Below are positions 1 to 64,000 of a stretch of 64,000 nt of DNA, in pieces (positions within the stretch are counted from its first letter, which is position 1; every line of letters begins with the position of its first letter). The notes beneath the pieces are model-generated. The model did no database searches. It was not told the origin of the DNA and worked only from the letters and a program-made list of their open reading frames with translations. The translations under genes and the position numbers were made by a program. The stretch covers positions 15,066,001 to 15,130,000 of the forward strand of contig OX597842.1 in assembly GCA_951406725.2 (NCBI GenBank), read 5' to 3'. Origin of the DNA: Octopus vulgaris (taxonomy: Eukaryota).

Positions 1-430
1 AATGTGTAAACCGTGGCAATTCTGAAGGCACTACCCCCGTTGATATACACGTCCAGCACCACCAAGACGACGATTAAGATGACCACCACCACAGCCACTA
101 CAATCAACGAGTCTGTGCAATATGGAGAGGTTTGATCGAAAGAAGAATTTAGATTGTTGTTGTTGTTGGTTTGGGAAGCAGGAAATTTGGGAAGAGCTTG
201 CTCTTCCGTGGAATCAGGGAGCAAATATTCCCGCTGCCAATGTTCAGGTGTAGGCGTCCTCAGCTGTTCATGGCGTTGTTGTAGATGCTGTTGTGATGTT
301 ATCAACAGATGTCACTTCAGTTTCTTCAATTGAGAGTAGAAAGCTGAGTGGAAGGCTGTTGATAGAGAGTTGGTCAGTTGCAGCAACTTCCCACAATATC
401 TCCATGGAGTCTGACGGGAGAGGAAATGTT
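1..430 (-). mobile_element. Possible Tx1/L1-like LINE fragment (APE endonuclease remnant)
   Basis: The minus strand of 1-60 reads VLDVYINGGSAFRIATVYT, which resembles VILDVNGSDGRAFTLVA in the element at 13871-14113. Confidence 0.35.
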
Positions 431-786
431 GATGGAAAGGAGAACAACATAGGAAGAACATTACACACACACACACCCATGTGTATAAATGTGTGTGTTG
501 TCTGTGTGTGTTTGCGTGTGTATGCAGGAGCGATTGATGTTCTGTTTGTCTTCGACATTATCACTTATTAAAGCTATAATCTATTATGTTCACCACTTTG
601 AATTATAATTGAATTCAGTTTCGTAAGTGTAAATATTAATCTGAAAGTGAAATCAAAGATAAAGTCATCTCATGGAAAAGGGGCCAATGCTTGTCCTACG
701 GAGAATTTGCAATGGGAAAGAATTGACATTTAAGTTTCTGGTATTTTGTATTTTCTTCTTTTACAGATTAATCAACGCCTGAAAAT

Positions 787-62978
<62,192 letters not shown>

Positions 62979-64000
62979 GTGAGTTGGGTCGCTTTTGTTC
63001 GTACTTTTTAATTATCCGTATATCTAGATTGTCAATATTTCTCCAACTTTGCTTTTCTCTATCTCTAGTTGTCCCTATCAAACATTCTTACTTTCTCCAT
63101 AGTTTTCTCTAAGTATCGTTGAATCTTTGTGAAAGTGAAAGAGCATGGTTGTATAATCTTTTTTGCACTATCTCCCGATATATATGTAATCATGCTCTTG
63201 TTATCGGATTAATCTTAAGATTTTTCCTCTATATTTCATGTCCTTTGTTTTCAAAATGTTTGTCTACTTAAAATTGAAATATTCATTATTCGATATTTCA
63301 TCGTCTATTTCCCTTTGTTTTCTTTTTTGTTCTAGTTTTCTTGGTTTATCTGCTAATCTTTTTCATATATTTTTGTGTATGGATGTACATATACTGGATG
63401 TATCAGCAAGATTTCCAAATTTTAGATTCAAATTCGGAACTTTGTATATTAAGAAGGTTTAAAGATAACTTAATAAGATTATGAGAGGTTTTTCTAATGC
63501 AAATTCACCCTGCTTTGAGAAAGAAGAAATGTTGACTACTCTCCAACTCCGCAAGAAGAATCACGAATGAAAAAATCATTGGCGGAAACGATATTTCTAT
63601 AAATACTTCAGGGTTAGGAGCTGAAACTGAAACCAGAACGCGTCTGTTGCATCAGTTTGTCTGCATATCGTGGGTGAAACTCCTCTCATCTGTGCAAAAT
63701 ATTTCTGGAGGGTTGCGTTATACTTTGATCCTGATGAACTTTGTCTTCTCCAACCTTCTAAACTGTTGTCCTTGAGTTACAAGATGCCTCACAGGTCTCA
63801 TTTACAATTTCATTTTCCAATCGTCTCTTACCGGATTGCGAACAACTGTTATAGCTGACACTCCTCTCTCACACGCCAAGCATCTTATGGATTGCGTTGG
63901 ATCTCTTTTGATTGATCGTTTCAGCTCCAGATGGAAATGATGATCCTTCCCGTGGTTATAACCCCCCTGGCTAAGTGTTCCTCTCCACTATTACCGATTT

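Overview
AT-rich, microsatellite-rich animal genomic DNA. It is probably a cephalopod (Octopus-like SINE, Tc1 and Penelope repeats, judged from recall only). The ORF track misses the main feature: one spliced + strand gene spanning almost the whole window. An exon encoding a signal peptide and LRRNT cap (ATG at 787) is followed, after a 16-kb TE-filled intron, by at least 23 symmetric phase-2 cassette exons. There are 22 of 72 nt and 1 of 69 nt, each encoding one leucine-rich repeat. One has lost its acceptor AG, and there are 3 truncated remnants and 1 cleanly deleted copy. The exons expanded recently as 1-, 2- and 3-exon tandem units. Differences between sister exons are mostly nonsynonymous and cluster on the LxxLxLxxN concave face. 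Any exon can join any other in frame through a Leu codon, which makes this a candidate variable LRR receptor. The C-terminus lies outside the window. The introns hold decayed Tx1/L1-like, CR1-like and RTE LINEs, hAT-Charlie, mariner and Tc1 transposons, a Helitron, SINEs and several Penelope-like elements. The Penelope-like elements carry hammerhead ribozyme motifs: one is intact on the sense strand and others have variant 3-8 core pairs.
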